A stretch of DNA of 64,000 nucleotides, from assembly GCA_010909165.1 (NCBI GenBank), contig VJWM01000063.1, forward strand, positions 1-64,000. The letters are read 5' to 3'. Every line of letters starts with the position of its first letter. The first letter of the stretch is position 1. Source of the stretch: Anthoceros angustus. Taxonomy: Eukaryota > Plantae > Anthocerotophyta. Shown piece after piece: positions 11,227 to 22,451 of the stretch. Both the position numbers and the translations under genes were made by a program. The notes beneath the pieces are model-generated. The model worked only from the letters and a program-made list of their open reading frames with translations, searched no databases and was not told the origin of the DNA.

Positions 11227-13066
11227 GCTAATAGTAGCAAAGAAAAAGGAACTGCCCCAAAGGCTTCCCTTTGATATCCTTATGAGTGAGCGATGAAATG
11301 GATAGCAGGGGTCTACAGAGTTTTAGTAGGGCAGACGCAATGGAATTTTTAATACTTAAATCAAGATAGTGCTATGACATATCTATATAGGCTGTGGTTC
11401 AAGCACAAATCAATACCGAGGGAAATCATTTGATTTTAAAATTACGGTATGGGCCTCAAAGTCCAAGGAGTCTTTTAGTCCTTGGACCATGGATAGAGCA
11501 TTAAGCAATTTTACCAAGTGAGGAGCCCGGAGGGTCATTTATGGGGAGCTCACCGACTTTGCGGTAGGGCTGTATGACATTCGGTTGGCGTTCGTGAATC
11601 TACATCCGAACAGTGACATGGATGGCTATTAGGACTCTCTCGGAGTGGAACTTGGAAAAGGCCATTGCTAGAGATCTTTGCTGGGCCATGTTGTCTTCAT
11701 CATAGAGCTCAATGGGTTACTCTTAAACTCTCTGACCCGTGGTATTGTAGAGTGTTGCAAGCTGTACTGCAGCTTCTCGACCTGGTGAAGAAATTTACAT
11801 ATGTTTGTACTTATGGTGACACAGGCAGGTTGTGACAAGAGCTTCTTGCTTTGATTTTCAAACCCATAGAACACAAGGAGTCCGAGGTGCATGAGAATGC
11901 AAACACACTGCCTACTACCGGCGCTCACACATTTGCCTACTTACAATGTTCACCACGAACGAGCCAAGCGCTCCTCCCGAATCAGGCATAAGAAAAGGGT
12001 AAGGAGGCCATGAGGACAGGAAGACTTCACAAGTTGGTCAACAAAGCCGAAACTAGGTTGGTGTAGGCCAAGGAGAATTGGGGTTGTGCCCAAGGCCATC
12101 TTATTGGTAATCTTGATCCAATGGCTGATGCTTGGACAATATGTTGGGAATATTTAAACTTATTGTGGATTGTGAAAGATATGTGACCATGGATAAATGT
12201 TACAATAGGGGAATAAATATATGGTGAGCAATACTTATCAAGGTGTAACATGTATCTATTAATCATATTATTTATATTCTATCATTGATGTAATATAATA
12301 ATAATTCAACACTAGGCTTGGATCTAGCAGTAGCATAGCAACGGAGTAGTAGGGAGTACCGGTTGTGAATGGATATTGGGAGTTTATCACTATACAAAAA
12401 TAAAATAAAAAGCCTATCGCGCTCCTTAAACTCAATGGTAGACAGGAGGATTGGGCGGAGGCGGAAGAGGAAGAGGAAGTCCACCGGAGCCGACACCAGC
12501 CCCAGCGGCTGGCATGACATCTCGAGCCCTGAGAGTGAAAAAGGTCAATGAGCATAGAGAGCCAAGCATGGCAAAAGAGTCGTTAGTCGGAAAGGGCCAG
12601 AAGGTCCCGTCGCTTGGACTACATTCTGGTGTGAACTTGTAACATGGCGAAGAGGTCCCTCCTGCAAAGAAGAGTCGCACTCTGCGAAAGCAAAATCACG
12701 ACCATCCAAATCTCGAGCAACGGCTCGATGGCGTGCAGTCATATGGACAAATGCCTTCTCTCAGGTGCAAGGCGAGCTCGATCACGGACAACAATCGATC
12801 ATGCTGCAAGCGCAAGTTGTTGAGCTGTTCCTGAAGTTGTCTGAGGTCCTTGGTTGTCCCCTAATGGATGGGCTTTTTCCCATCGTTTTTGCCCTAAATC
12901 TAAAATGATAGCAAGTTGGTTCATTTTTAGTGAATTGAAGACTATAAATATTTCAAAGTATATATCAAAGTCTCGCGCTGGAATTTGGTATGTTGTAACC
13001 GTGTAAGATACTAACAACTGAAGTAACTCCATTGAATATTAATAACTAATACACTGGGATGGGCAG

Positions 13067-13175
13067 CACCCATCCAAGTATTGATCTATCCCAACGACGC
13101 TTAACTTGTCTTAACTGTGAAGACGCTTAACTTGTCTTAATTGTGAAGTTCCAATGAACTGTGTGTGTGTCCATG
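13067..13175 (-). repeat. 5S rRNA-derived fragment with duplicated A-box region
   Basis: Minus strand reads agttaagcgtcgttgggatagatcaatacttggatgggtg, resembling the 5S internal control region; 26-bp tandem duplication gacgcttaacttgtcttaaYtgtgaa. Confidence 0.55.
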
Positions 13176-13360
13176 TGGCTAAGCCATTTGGACATGGGTC
13201 CTGATTGATATAATCGACAACCGAGAGTCGAGTCAGACAGGGAAATATGTCGCAGTTTTATCGCTTTATCTGAAATGCTGACAACGCAGTTCCTCAGGCT
13301 CTTATGAGCTATACAGAAGAGAGCAGAACGTAGCAGGAAGTGATCACCCGTTGTGCAGTC

Positions 13361-16300
13361 ATGGCACTTCTCTGCCTCCTGCTCTTGCTGGTGCTGCCCT
13401 TGGCCTTCGTCTCTGCTGTCGAATTATGCACCCCCCAAGATGCCGCCTACCAGACTGCTGCAGGTCCCGTGCCTGGCATGCTCAATGTCCACTTGGTTCC
13501 CCACACCCACGACGATGTCGGCTGGCTCAAGACAGTAGACCAGTACTACGTCGGCTCCAATAACAGCATTCAGGTCCTGGGCATTTTGCATTCAAACAAT
13601 TTGCTTCGCATGCATGCCTCCCTTCTTGCATGCTGCCTCGGGGCCCATCTTCTCCCTGTCCCCACTCATCAGTTCAATGGTGGCCGACAGGTGGCAGCAG
13701 TGCAGTACATTTTGGATTCTGTCGTCTCTTCGCTCTTGGAGGACCGGAATCGCAAATTCGTCTATGTGGAACAGGCATGTGTTCTCACTTGCAGATTATT
13801 GTATTAGGAGGAAGTTGGAAGCTGGGATTTATAGCCTGCTGCAGCTCACTGCACAACCTCGTTTGGACAGGCCTTTTTCCAAAGGTGGTGGCGGGTGCAG
13901 TCAAAAGCCAAGCAGGAAGTTGTTAGGAAGCTGGTGGAGGATGGGCAGCTTGAGTTCATGTATTTTGCGCTTCCCACCTTCCTGTTTCCGGTGAAAATTA
14001 TGGAGATGGATTAGGGCCCTCAAGGATCTCATCTGCTCTGCTGACCTTGTGGCAGCAATGGAGCATGGTGCATGCATGATGAGGCGACGACGCACTACGT
14101 CGACATGATTGATCAGACTGCACTTGGCCACCGATTCATCAAGCAGCAGTTCAACAAGGTGCCAAGGATTGGCTGGCAAATTGATCCATTTGGCCATTCT
14201 TCGGTCCAAGCTTATCTGCTGGGAGCTGAGGTGAGTTTCAGCAAGAGATGTTGCAGATACACTGAGAAGCTCACATCAGACTGCTTGACTGGTGATCCTC
14301 TCTTTCAAGTTCGTTGGTGTACTCATTAGGCGTGATTCCGGCGTTGCAGTTATGTGGACATGTCTGTTGAAAACATTGTCCTGTAAAAATTGGTGGATGC
14401 AGCTGGGCTTTGACGCGGTTTTCTTTGCTCGAGGAGACTACCAAGATGTGGCCAAAAGGCGCAGAGATCGGTCCATGGAATTCATTTGGCGTGCTTCTGA
14501 GTCGCTAGGGGAATCTTCTGAGGTCTGGTTCTGAGCCATAACTACAGGATTACACATTGTGGATTGACCTTTAATCAGCATTTGCATTCAGATCTTCGGG
14601 GGAGTTCTTGCACATCACTATGATCCCCCAAACGAGTTCCGCTACGACATCCACAATACAGAGCCCCCAATTCAGGTCTGATTTCGCCACGATTTGGTCA
14701 GCATTTTCACAAAACTCCTCTGACAGGCTTTAACCATGATAAGAGACTTCTTTGCAGGATGATCCTCTGCTGTTTGACTACAATGTTCCAGATCGAGTGG
14801 ACCTATTTGTGAAATATGCACAAGAGCAGGCAGGTTCTTGCTCTCATGCATAGTTGCAACTGGGGAATTGGTTATGTCTTTTTCTGTCATTATGGTTATT
14901 CTTGGTCTTGCTTAAATTGTTACCGATACCAGATGCTGTCCATCAGGCTGCAGAGTTCCGGACAGAGCACATCATGTGGACAATGGGAGAAGATTTTGCT
15001 TATGAAAATGCCAACACGTGGTTCAAGCAAATGGACAAGCTCATACATTACGTTAATAAGGCACTTGCTTGCAGACCACAACATCCTCGTCCATCCAGCA
15101 TACTGTTCGGACCTGTAGCTCCTAGTAACAAAGGCCACGTAACTCATCCGTGTTTGGTGTTTGCTGTGAGGGCCTACTTTTTGGGCGGGACAGGATGGCC
15201 GTGTCAATGCCTTCTACTCAACTCCCTCTGCCTATCTTGATGCTAAATATGCAGCCAATGAGACCTGGCCCTTGAAATCTGGTGATTTCTTCCCGTATGT
15301 AACTTACTTACAAGTGGATTGGTTCCAATACTGCGGCTGCTTGGAATTGTTGCGGCACTTAAACACTGAATTCTGCAGGTATGCAGACTCTGCTGCCAGC
15401 TACTGGACCGGGTACTTCTCAAGCCGGCCTGGATTAAAGGGATATGTCCGCAAACTTAGTGGCTATCTCCTAGTAAGTCGATTAGATCGTTCTGAAGCTG
15501 GAAAAGGATCCCTAAAAATGTGTGACCGGCCAGTTTCCTGAGATAGTTCTTGTCCCGTACTCAATTGCCTGATAGGCAGCAAGGCAACTTGAGTTCCTGT
15601 TGGGGAAAAGTGCTGTAACATCGAGCACAGATTCACTGGAGGAAGCTTTGGCTATTTTACAACATCATGATGGAGTTAGCGGTACTGAGAAACAGCATGT
15701 AGCTGATGATTATGCTAAACGTCTTGCAATTGGTGCCGCTGAGGTAAGCAAACTGTTTCAGTTTGATACTTCTGGACTGCCTGGCTGGCTCAACGTCATG
15801 CATTGCTTTCTTTCATGCAGCGTACTTTGAACATGATGTTTTTTGGGCACTCCTTCTTTCGGCTGTGGGATCTGCCACTGACCTACTTCTAGAGAAGCAG
15901 CTCAGTTTGACATATACCAATTTTTTGGAGTGTTAACAGTCTGCAGATATTCTAAGTAGTGCTTTGACCTACTTGCTACAAGGCAACGCTCCTCGGGCTG
16001 CAGTTTCACTGAGGAATGAGGTTTCTGAGGCTTATTCTTTGCACCGTCGTGGTTTGGAAGGAAGTCAAAGACAGACCAGTGGCGAATTGAAGATAGAACA
16101 GGTGTGAGATAGTTAGGTCTTTGACCAGAAATTAGTTCCTTTCAAGTGGGGCATTGAACTTTACCTGTTCTGTGTAGTGTCCTTTGTTGAACGTAAGCCA
16201 CTGCCCGCCATCTCAGAGAGATTTTGGTGACGGAAAAGTTCTGGTAATGCATAGGCCTCTCTTTCTAATAATATCAACAGCATTCTGGATGCTTTACGAC

Positions 16301-19300
16301 TGTAAACTAGGTGGGCTTTCTTATGAACTGTCTGTCTCTGCAGGTCTTGATAGCCTACAACTCTCTTGCTTGGACCAGAAAGGAGTGGATACGACTGCCT
16401 GTAAGACACATTGGACAAAAAGAAGCATGTTCCCTGAAGCTTGAACATTCCTGATGCTTGAACGTCCCTGTGCCATGTACTTGGAGGCTTACTTGCATGC
16501 AAAGCAGATGGTGATAGGTGGTAGCCTCACTCTGTATGTTTGAATTGCCAGGTTACATCAGAGCTTCTGGAGGTTACCGATGACTTGGGGATTACTATAC
16601 CCTCGCAACTGGTACCGGTGAACCAGTACATGGTGAACAAGCTTCAGAAGCTATATGTCAGAGCACATCTGGGAATGAGTGCAAACCAGTCTGCTTCATA
16701 CACATTGGTCTTTCAAGCCTCTGTGCCCCCTCTGGGATATACCACCTTTTTCATCCGCGAAACATCCGCTGCAAGACTTGGTAAGGTCTTGGTTTGCAAC
16801 TGTGTTTTCTTATGTAGACTATCTTTTCAAGGTTCTCTGTCCACGATTATTCATGTATCTGGTAATTGAACGTGACTATTTGGTCTCGTGAGTTGTCTCC
16901 GATGCTCCATCTTTGGTAGGTCGAGCCGAGCTCTCAACTGTAGAAACAGCAGATTCGGCTGGTCATGTTGATTTGAATTCCGAAAACCTATGGTTAAGGT
17001 TTTCTACCTCAAGTGGACACCTGCAAGCAGTTTCACAAGTGAAAACTGGGGTAAACTCTCCACCTTATGCTCCAAGCTTTTGTATGGAGTTTCAGCCATA
17101 TCGGTAATGGTTAGTTGTATTTCTCAAACACCTCTTGAGGTGCAGCTTACACGCCACCAACCTGATGCAGATTTTGTAGTGTTATTTTGCTCGATAATTC
17201 AGTGCTACTGCAAAGCAGCACAGTGTCAAAGGACTGTTTGAAAGCACGGTGTTACTATTGGAGGTGTAGGAGTGTGGTTGTTAACCTCAACTTCTTGCCC
17301 TTGTAGACTGTCATTGACTTGGAGCAGTCTTATTGCTGGTACAATGGGAGTGCTGGGAATGCGGATGACCCGTACCATCAGGTTCCACCATAAGAACGTC
17401 ATTTACCGCTTGTCTTAAACCCTGGAAAGCAGCAAAGGTGAAAGAGTTCTAGTAAATGTCTTTGTGCAGGCATCTGGGGCTTATATTCTGCGTCCCAATT
17501 CTTCTACGTGTTTTCCTGTTGGAGAAGCTATTTCAGTGAGTATCAAGCCTTTTACGCCCAAGGGCAGTCTCAAATCTTCTACGTCGTGGATGGACCAGGG
17601 GTTGGGAGGGAGGTAGCCCCATTGATGGCAATATCTGTTTTTACATACGTCACCAAAAGTGTCCATTTTGCAGGCTCCATTAACGGTCGTGAAAGGTGCT
17701 TTAGTTGAAGAAGTACATCAGCAATTTGCCCCCTGGATCTCTCAGGTTTGTAGTGCCGCTGAACCTTGGCGTGTCAGAAGACACTTGTTGTCAATATACT
17801 AGCTGCATTATCACAGTTCCGCATGATGAGGTATTGTGTGCACATAGAATGTTAAATGACTGAACTGAAAGTAGACTGGATGGTGGCACTGGTCCATCTT
17901 ATCAAGCCAATTGAAGATATTTGCGCTCCTTGTTGGAGTGTGGACTTGAGGTCTTCAACTTTGTGTAAATTGAGCTCTAGCAACCGTTCTCGAAGGACCA
18001 AGTCTTGTGCAATTACTAACCTTTGAATACTTGGACTTGTGTAGGTGATTAGGTTGTACAAGAACTCTGAGTTTGCGGAAGTAGAGTTCGCAGTAAGTCA
18101 TTGGATAGCCCTTAAAACTCTAATGCACAAATTCAAGGGAAGTTGATAGAGGATTGTGATGTCTTCAGTCTTGTGATGAAATATTTCTATTCTTGGTTGC
18201 TGTTGAGTTTGAGCAGATAGGTCCTATACCAGTCGATGACGGCCTTGGCAAGGAAGTGGTGACCAAGTTCTCCACTAGCATAGCAAGCCAAGGAAAGTTC
18301 TTCACAGATTCCAACGGTCGTGACTTCATTGCACGGGTGAGCTTGGAAAACTGGCTGAAACAACGAGAATCAGAAGGTTGAGCATGAAGTGACTTGCTGT
18401 GGGCCATTTGATAGGTGAGAGACTACAGGTCCGACTGGGAGTTGAATGTCACCCAACCTGTAGCTGGCAACTACTATCCAGTAAGATGTTGCTGAGTTTT
18501 CGTCAATATGAGTTGCAATCATGGTAAAACCGAACTTGATACTTCAAAGCTGATCTGGGGCTGTCTCAGCTCAACTTGGGCATGTACTTGAGGGATGAAG
18601 ATGCAGACTTCTCCCTGTTAGTCGATCGTTCAGTGGGCGGAGCCAGCCTTGCCGATGGTCAGCTGGAGGTCATGCTTCACAGGTTTTGCCCTGCTACCCA
18701 ACTGTCCAGGCCTGCTCAATGGCAGTACTTGAATGTGGTTGTACACCGTACGTTAACTCAGTATGGCTGGTTGTGCCTGCTGTTGCAGCTGCTAGTATAT
18801 GGACTGAGTGCACCAAATTCAGTATGGCTGGTTGTGCCTGCTGCTGTAGCTGCTAGTATATTGACTGAGTGCAACTTGTTCTGTGACATTTAGGCGCTTG
18901 TTACACGACGATGGAAAGGGGGTTGGTGAGGCTTTAAACGAGACGGTGTGTGTACAAAACACGGGAGTCTGTGAAGGTCTGACGGTACGTGGATTCCTGA
19001 AACTGCTGCGTGCCTCGGGAAGGTTTTGAGACGAGAAGAGATTGTTGACGACTAGGTGTGGGTGCCCAGGTGAATGGGGTTGTGTTGTTGGGCATCAATG
19101 CGGTTAAGGAAGCCCCTAAATGGCGTAGATCCCTGGGCCAACGGTTACTTGCTCCACTCCATCTAGCCTTCACAGTACTGGAGGTTCGTTGTCTGCGATA
19201 CATGCTAATTGGTCGATAAGCTTGTGCATCAGAATTCCAATGGATCTTTGTGTTGCAGGACGATGCCGAGAATCGACTCAATGCTCTGCAATTCTCTGCA

Positions 19301-19950
19301 GTAGATCCTGGCTATGAGCTCCCACCCAATGTGGCTTTGATCACTCTCCAGGTGCGGAACCCCCCAAAAGCATCATATGCATGCACGAGAATCTCTTAAG
19401 CGACTCAGTCCTCTTATCCGTGGGTTGACAACTTGTGGTACAGGAGATCGGGGAGGACGAGATTCTTGTGCGTCTGGCTCATCTCTACGAGGTGAGCATT
19501 CCCGACCCCCGATTTTGAAGTCGCGGAAGGTTAAGCTGACGGATTAATGATGTGCCCTGACCGGTTGTGGCAAAATGTGTAAATGCTAATCCGACAACGA
19601 AGGTGGGCGAGGACGATGAGCTTTCCCAAGTCTCATCGGTGCCGTTGCAGAGCTTGCTGCCGGTGGAGGTGAGTGCGCCAACAAGTGCTAGCAATGAAGC
19701 AAGTGGCCCGCCCTTTGCTGGTCGTCACCAACCCGCTCCTGCCCCGGTTCTGCAGATCAAAGAGGTGGTGGAGCTGTCTCTGTCAGGCAATCAGGCGAGA
19801 TCGGAAATGAAGCGCCTCAAGTGGCGAGCAGAAGAGAGTGCGAAGGTGGGAATGGCGACCAAGGCAGTCCGTGGCGGACCGGTCGGTGGACACCCTTTCG
19901 TGGTGGAGCTCGGGCCCATGGAAATCAGGACCTTCAGGGTCAGCTTATAA
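13361..19950 (+). CDS. GH38 vacuolar/lysosomal-type alpha-mannosidase (multi-exon)
   Basis: Signal peptide; [22 protein letters not shown]; [10 protein letters not shown]; [10 protein letters not shown]; QHHDGVSGT; [10 protein letters not shown]; PVAGNYYP; C-terminal [12 protein letters not shown]. About 30 short introns. Confidence 0.97.
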
Positions 19951-20454
19951 GCTAATGTGGTGCCGTTTGATCACGGACAGATGACTACCGATGATGGATG
20001 ATGGCCAACCCCGTCGCCTTAACGGATGAAAAAACAACTACGTGACCCTCAAGGGTCTCCCAAGCTTACGGGAGATGCTTCATTCCTTTCATCGAGAAGT
20101 CTTCCGAAGGGACACCTCGAATTATCCAAGGGGACTGGAATAGGTCTCTAGGTTCGCCGTGGGTGCACCATACATAGAAAGAAACTCTAGAGAATGTATA
20201 TCCGCAAGGGCGCACCAAACATGAGCATACAGAACATAGGGAGCACATGATACAGGGATGGGGATGTGGCTCTTTCATGTTGTTAGGTATCATTTTTCGA
20301 TTTTTTTAATCCCATCTCTTGCTCTTTGTAAGATTTATAATTTTTATTTAATTATATGAAATATTTTCCTCTCAAAATAGAGCCTAGCACCAAGTGAGAG
20401 TCACATTTACACGAAAAGACCAGGGTAGTCCTAGAGAGTTGGCTCTTTTTCTAT

Positions 20455-20604
20455 AACAATGTGTTTAGATATAATAAAGGTCTTTTAGGCCTTTATTGTA
20501 TCTAAATACATTGTTTCAAGTAAGTATTCAAAGAGTCATCCGAAGTCTAGGTCTTCTAGACCTTTATTGTATCTAAACACACTGATTCAAGTAAGTATTC
20601 AAAG
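20455..20604. repeat. Small fold-back plus direct repeat
   Basis: aacaatgtgtttagatataataaagg (20455-20480) is inverted at ~20490-20515; ctttattgtatctaaa...caagtaagtattcaaag occurs at 20491 and 20562. Confidence 0.7.
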
Positions 20605-20836
20605 CCCTTGTGAAATAGGGGAAGAGGAAAGAAGATCCGCCTACGTCCTTCCATGAAACTTATCTTTGGAACCCCACCGTCGACATAAAAGGCAAAAGCA
20701 AAAAAGCAGAGACAAATCGTGATTGAAATATTCACAAATTATTTCTCGTGCATAAAAACGACACACAAAGTGTCACGGGCTTCCCATGGGACCGCTCGGG
20801 GCCCGGGTTGCCGGAGGCCAAAGGTGGGATGAGGGC

Positions 20837-21556
20837 TAGCCGTAAAAATCAGGTGGCCAGGTGCGGGGCCCGCTGACTCCCTCGTGCAGAGCAGGCATGA
20901 CCATGTAGTCCATACCCTCTCAATCCTCTCAATCTGCCATATGAATATGTATATACCTCTGTATGCCACCGGCAACCAGGTCACGCCAGACCCAACAAGG
21001 GCAACGCCAAACCCAACAAGGGACCCAACCAGGTGACGCCAAACCCAACGAGGGCAACAACCAACAAGGGACCCAACAAGGGCAACCCGGGTGACGCCAA
21101 ACCCAGGGTCACGCCAGACCCAACAAGGGCAACGCCAAACCCAACAAGGGACCCAACCCGGGTGACGCCAAACCCAACAAGGGCAACAACCAACAAGGGA
21201 CCCAACAAGGGCAACCCGGGTGACGCCAAACCCAACAAGGGTTATCGCTTCCAGACATAGGGTATCCGACACGCAAAATGCAAACTAGGCGGATCGAGAC
21301 CGAAACCGCTCCAATGTGGGGGGCTGATCCGACCACCAAACCACAGCACCTGCGACAATTTCGAACAAGACAGGTATAATGATATACAAACCAAAAGACA
21401 AAATGCCCCTGACGACGACTGACCGGTGGCCGGTGAATTGCTGGACCGTATAGACGATCTCTACGTCATGGATGTTAATGGCAATGTGCGGGACATGACC
21501 ATGAAGTACACCAATGTCAGCGGGCCCCGCACCTGGCCACCTGATTTCTACGGCTA
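20837..21556. mobile_element. Non-autonomous TIR element (MITE-like, 720 bp)
   Basis: 41-bp terminal inverted repeats 20837-20877 and 21516-21556 (40/41 match); flanking 15-bp direct repeat aggtgggatgagggc / agctgggatgagagc. Confidence 0.8.
20975..21242. repeat. Complex tandem array inside the TIR element
   Basis: Modules cccaacaaggg, caacgccaaa and ggtgacgccaaa in a higher-order period of ~130 bp. Confidence 0.9.
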
Positions 21557-21637
21557 AGCTGGGATGAGAGCGCAAAAGAATGGTGGTTGGGTGACATGGT
21601 GAGCAAGCCTAAAAGTAAAACACGAGAAACTATATGC

Positions 21638-21723
21638 GATCCCATCAAAACTCCGCCCGTGAAGCGCCCTCGGCCGGATCAGTGTTGGGATGGGAGACCT
21701 CCCGAGATGTCCGGTTCTGCACC
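21638..21723 (+). pseudogene. 5'-truncated 5S rRNA-derived sequence
   Basis: gatcccatcaaaactccgcccgtgaagcgccctcggccggatcagtgttgggatgggagacctcccgagatgtccggttctgcacc is colinear with plant 5S rRNA from about position 30 to the 3' end; the first ~30 nt are absent. Confidence 0.85.
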
Positions 21724-21901
21724 TTGTCTCATGCTTGATTTTGTGCGCTCATGAATTCGTGTCTAGCTCATCTTCACGAAGCATCTTCACGTATGCCAAA
21801 ATCGCGTATTCATAAGGCATGTGATCGCGCACCCCTAGCTGGAGATGGCATCACCAACCCGCTTTTGGCCCCTTCACACTTTTGCACTCCGTCCACATCG
21901 G

Positions 21902-22085
21902 GAAGTGTCTCCCTCAGGCAGTAAGGCGAGATCGGGAATAAAGCACAGATCAAGTGGCGAGGAGACTGAGATCGCCAATGGTGGGCATAGCGAGGAAGGT
22001 AGTCCGTGGCCGACTGGTCGGCGGACAGCCTTTCGTCGTCGAGCTCGAGGACATGGTAATCAGGATCTTCAGGATCAGTTCATGA
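21902..22085 (+). pseudogene. Diverged duplicate of the last alpha-mannosidase exon
   Basis: Aligns with 19771-19950 (tcaggca..aggcgagatcgg, tcaagtggcga, gtccgtggc, cctttcgt.gt.gagctcg, atcagga.cttcagg) with frameshifts. Confidence 0.85.
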
Positions 22086-22451
22086 GCAGATGTCGGGCCT
22101 CGGGCTGTCTCCTTCTCCAACAAGTCACTTCTGGTGATTGGCCAGCTTCATAAAGTAATGCTTCAGTCAGTCTTCAGTAAATATTAAAAATCTTTAACGG
22201 ACTAAAATAAATTAATTTCAACAGTAAGTAAATTGACTTGTCCTCTGTGGAGTCAATGGCTTTGGGATATGCAGTCCGTAAATGCTGGCATGGATGCCGG
22301 CCTACCTCACCTAACTTGCACCTACCGAGATCCGAGCCCGCAGGCTTTACCTTCCATCGTCATCGCAGTTGTCTCCTGCAAGCATCAGGTAAGCAAGCAA
22401 GGGAGGGAGCAGGGTAGCGAGAAAGCAACCGAGGTCGGAAGGTAGCTGGCG

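Noticed and set aside
11300-13000. Possible transposon remnant or gene in short ORFs
   Set aside because: No motif, terminal repeat or splice pattern I could support.
18758-18872. ~61-bp tandem duplication in a mannosidase intron
   Set aside because: Real but ordinary; I saw no evidence that it alters the coding exons.
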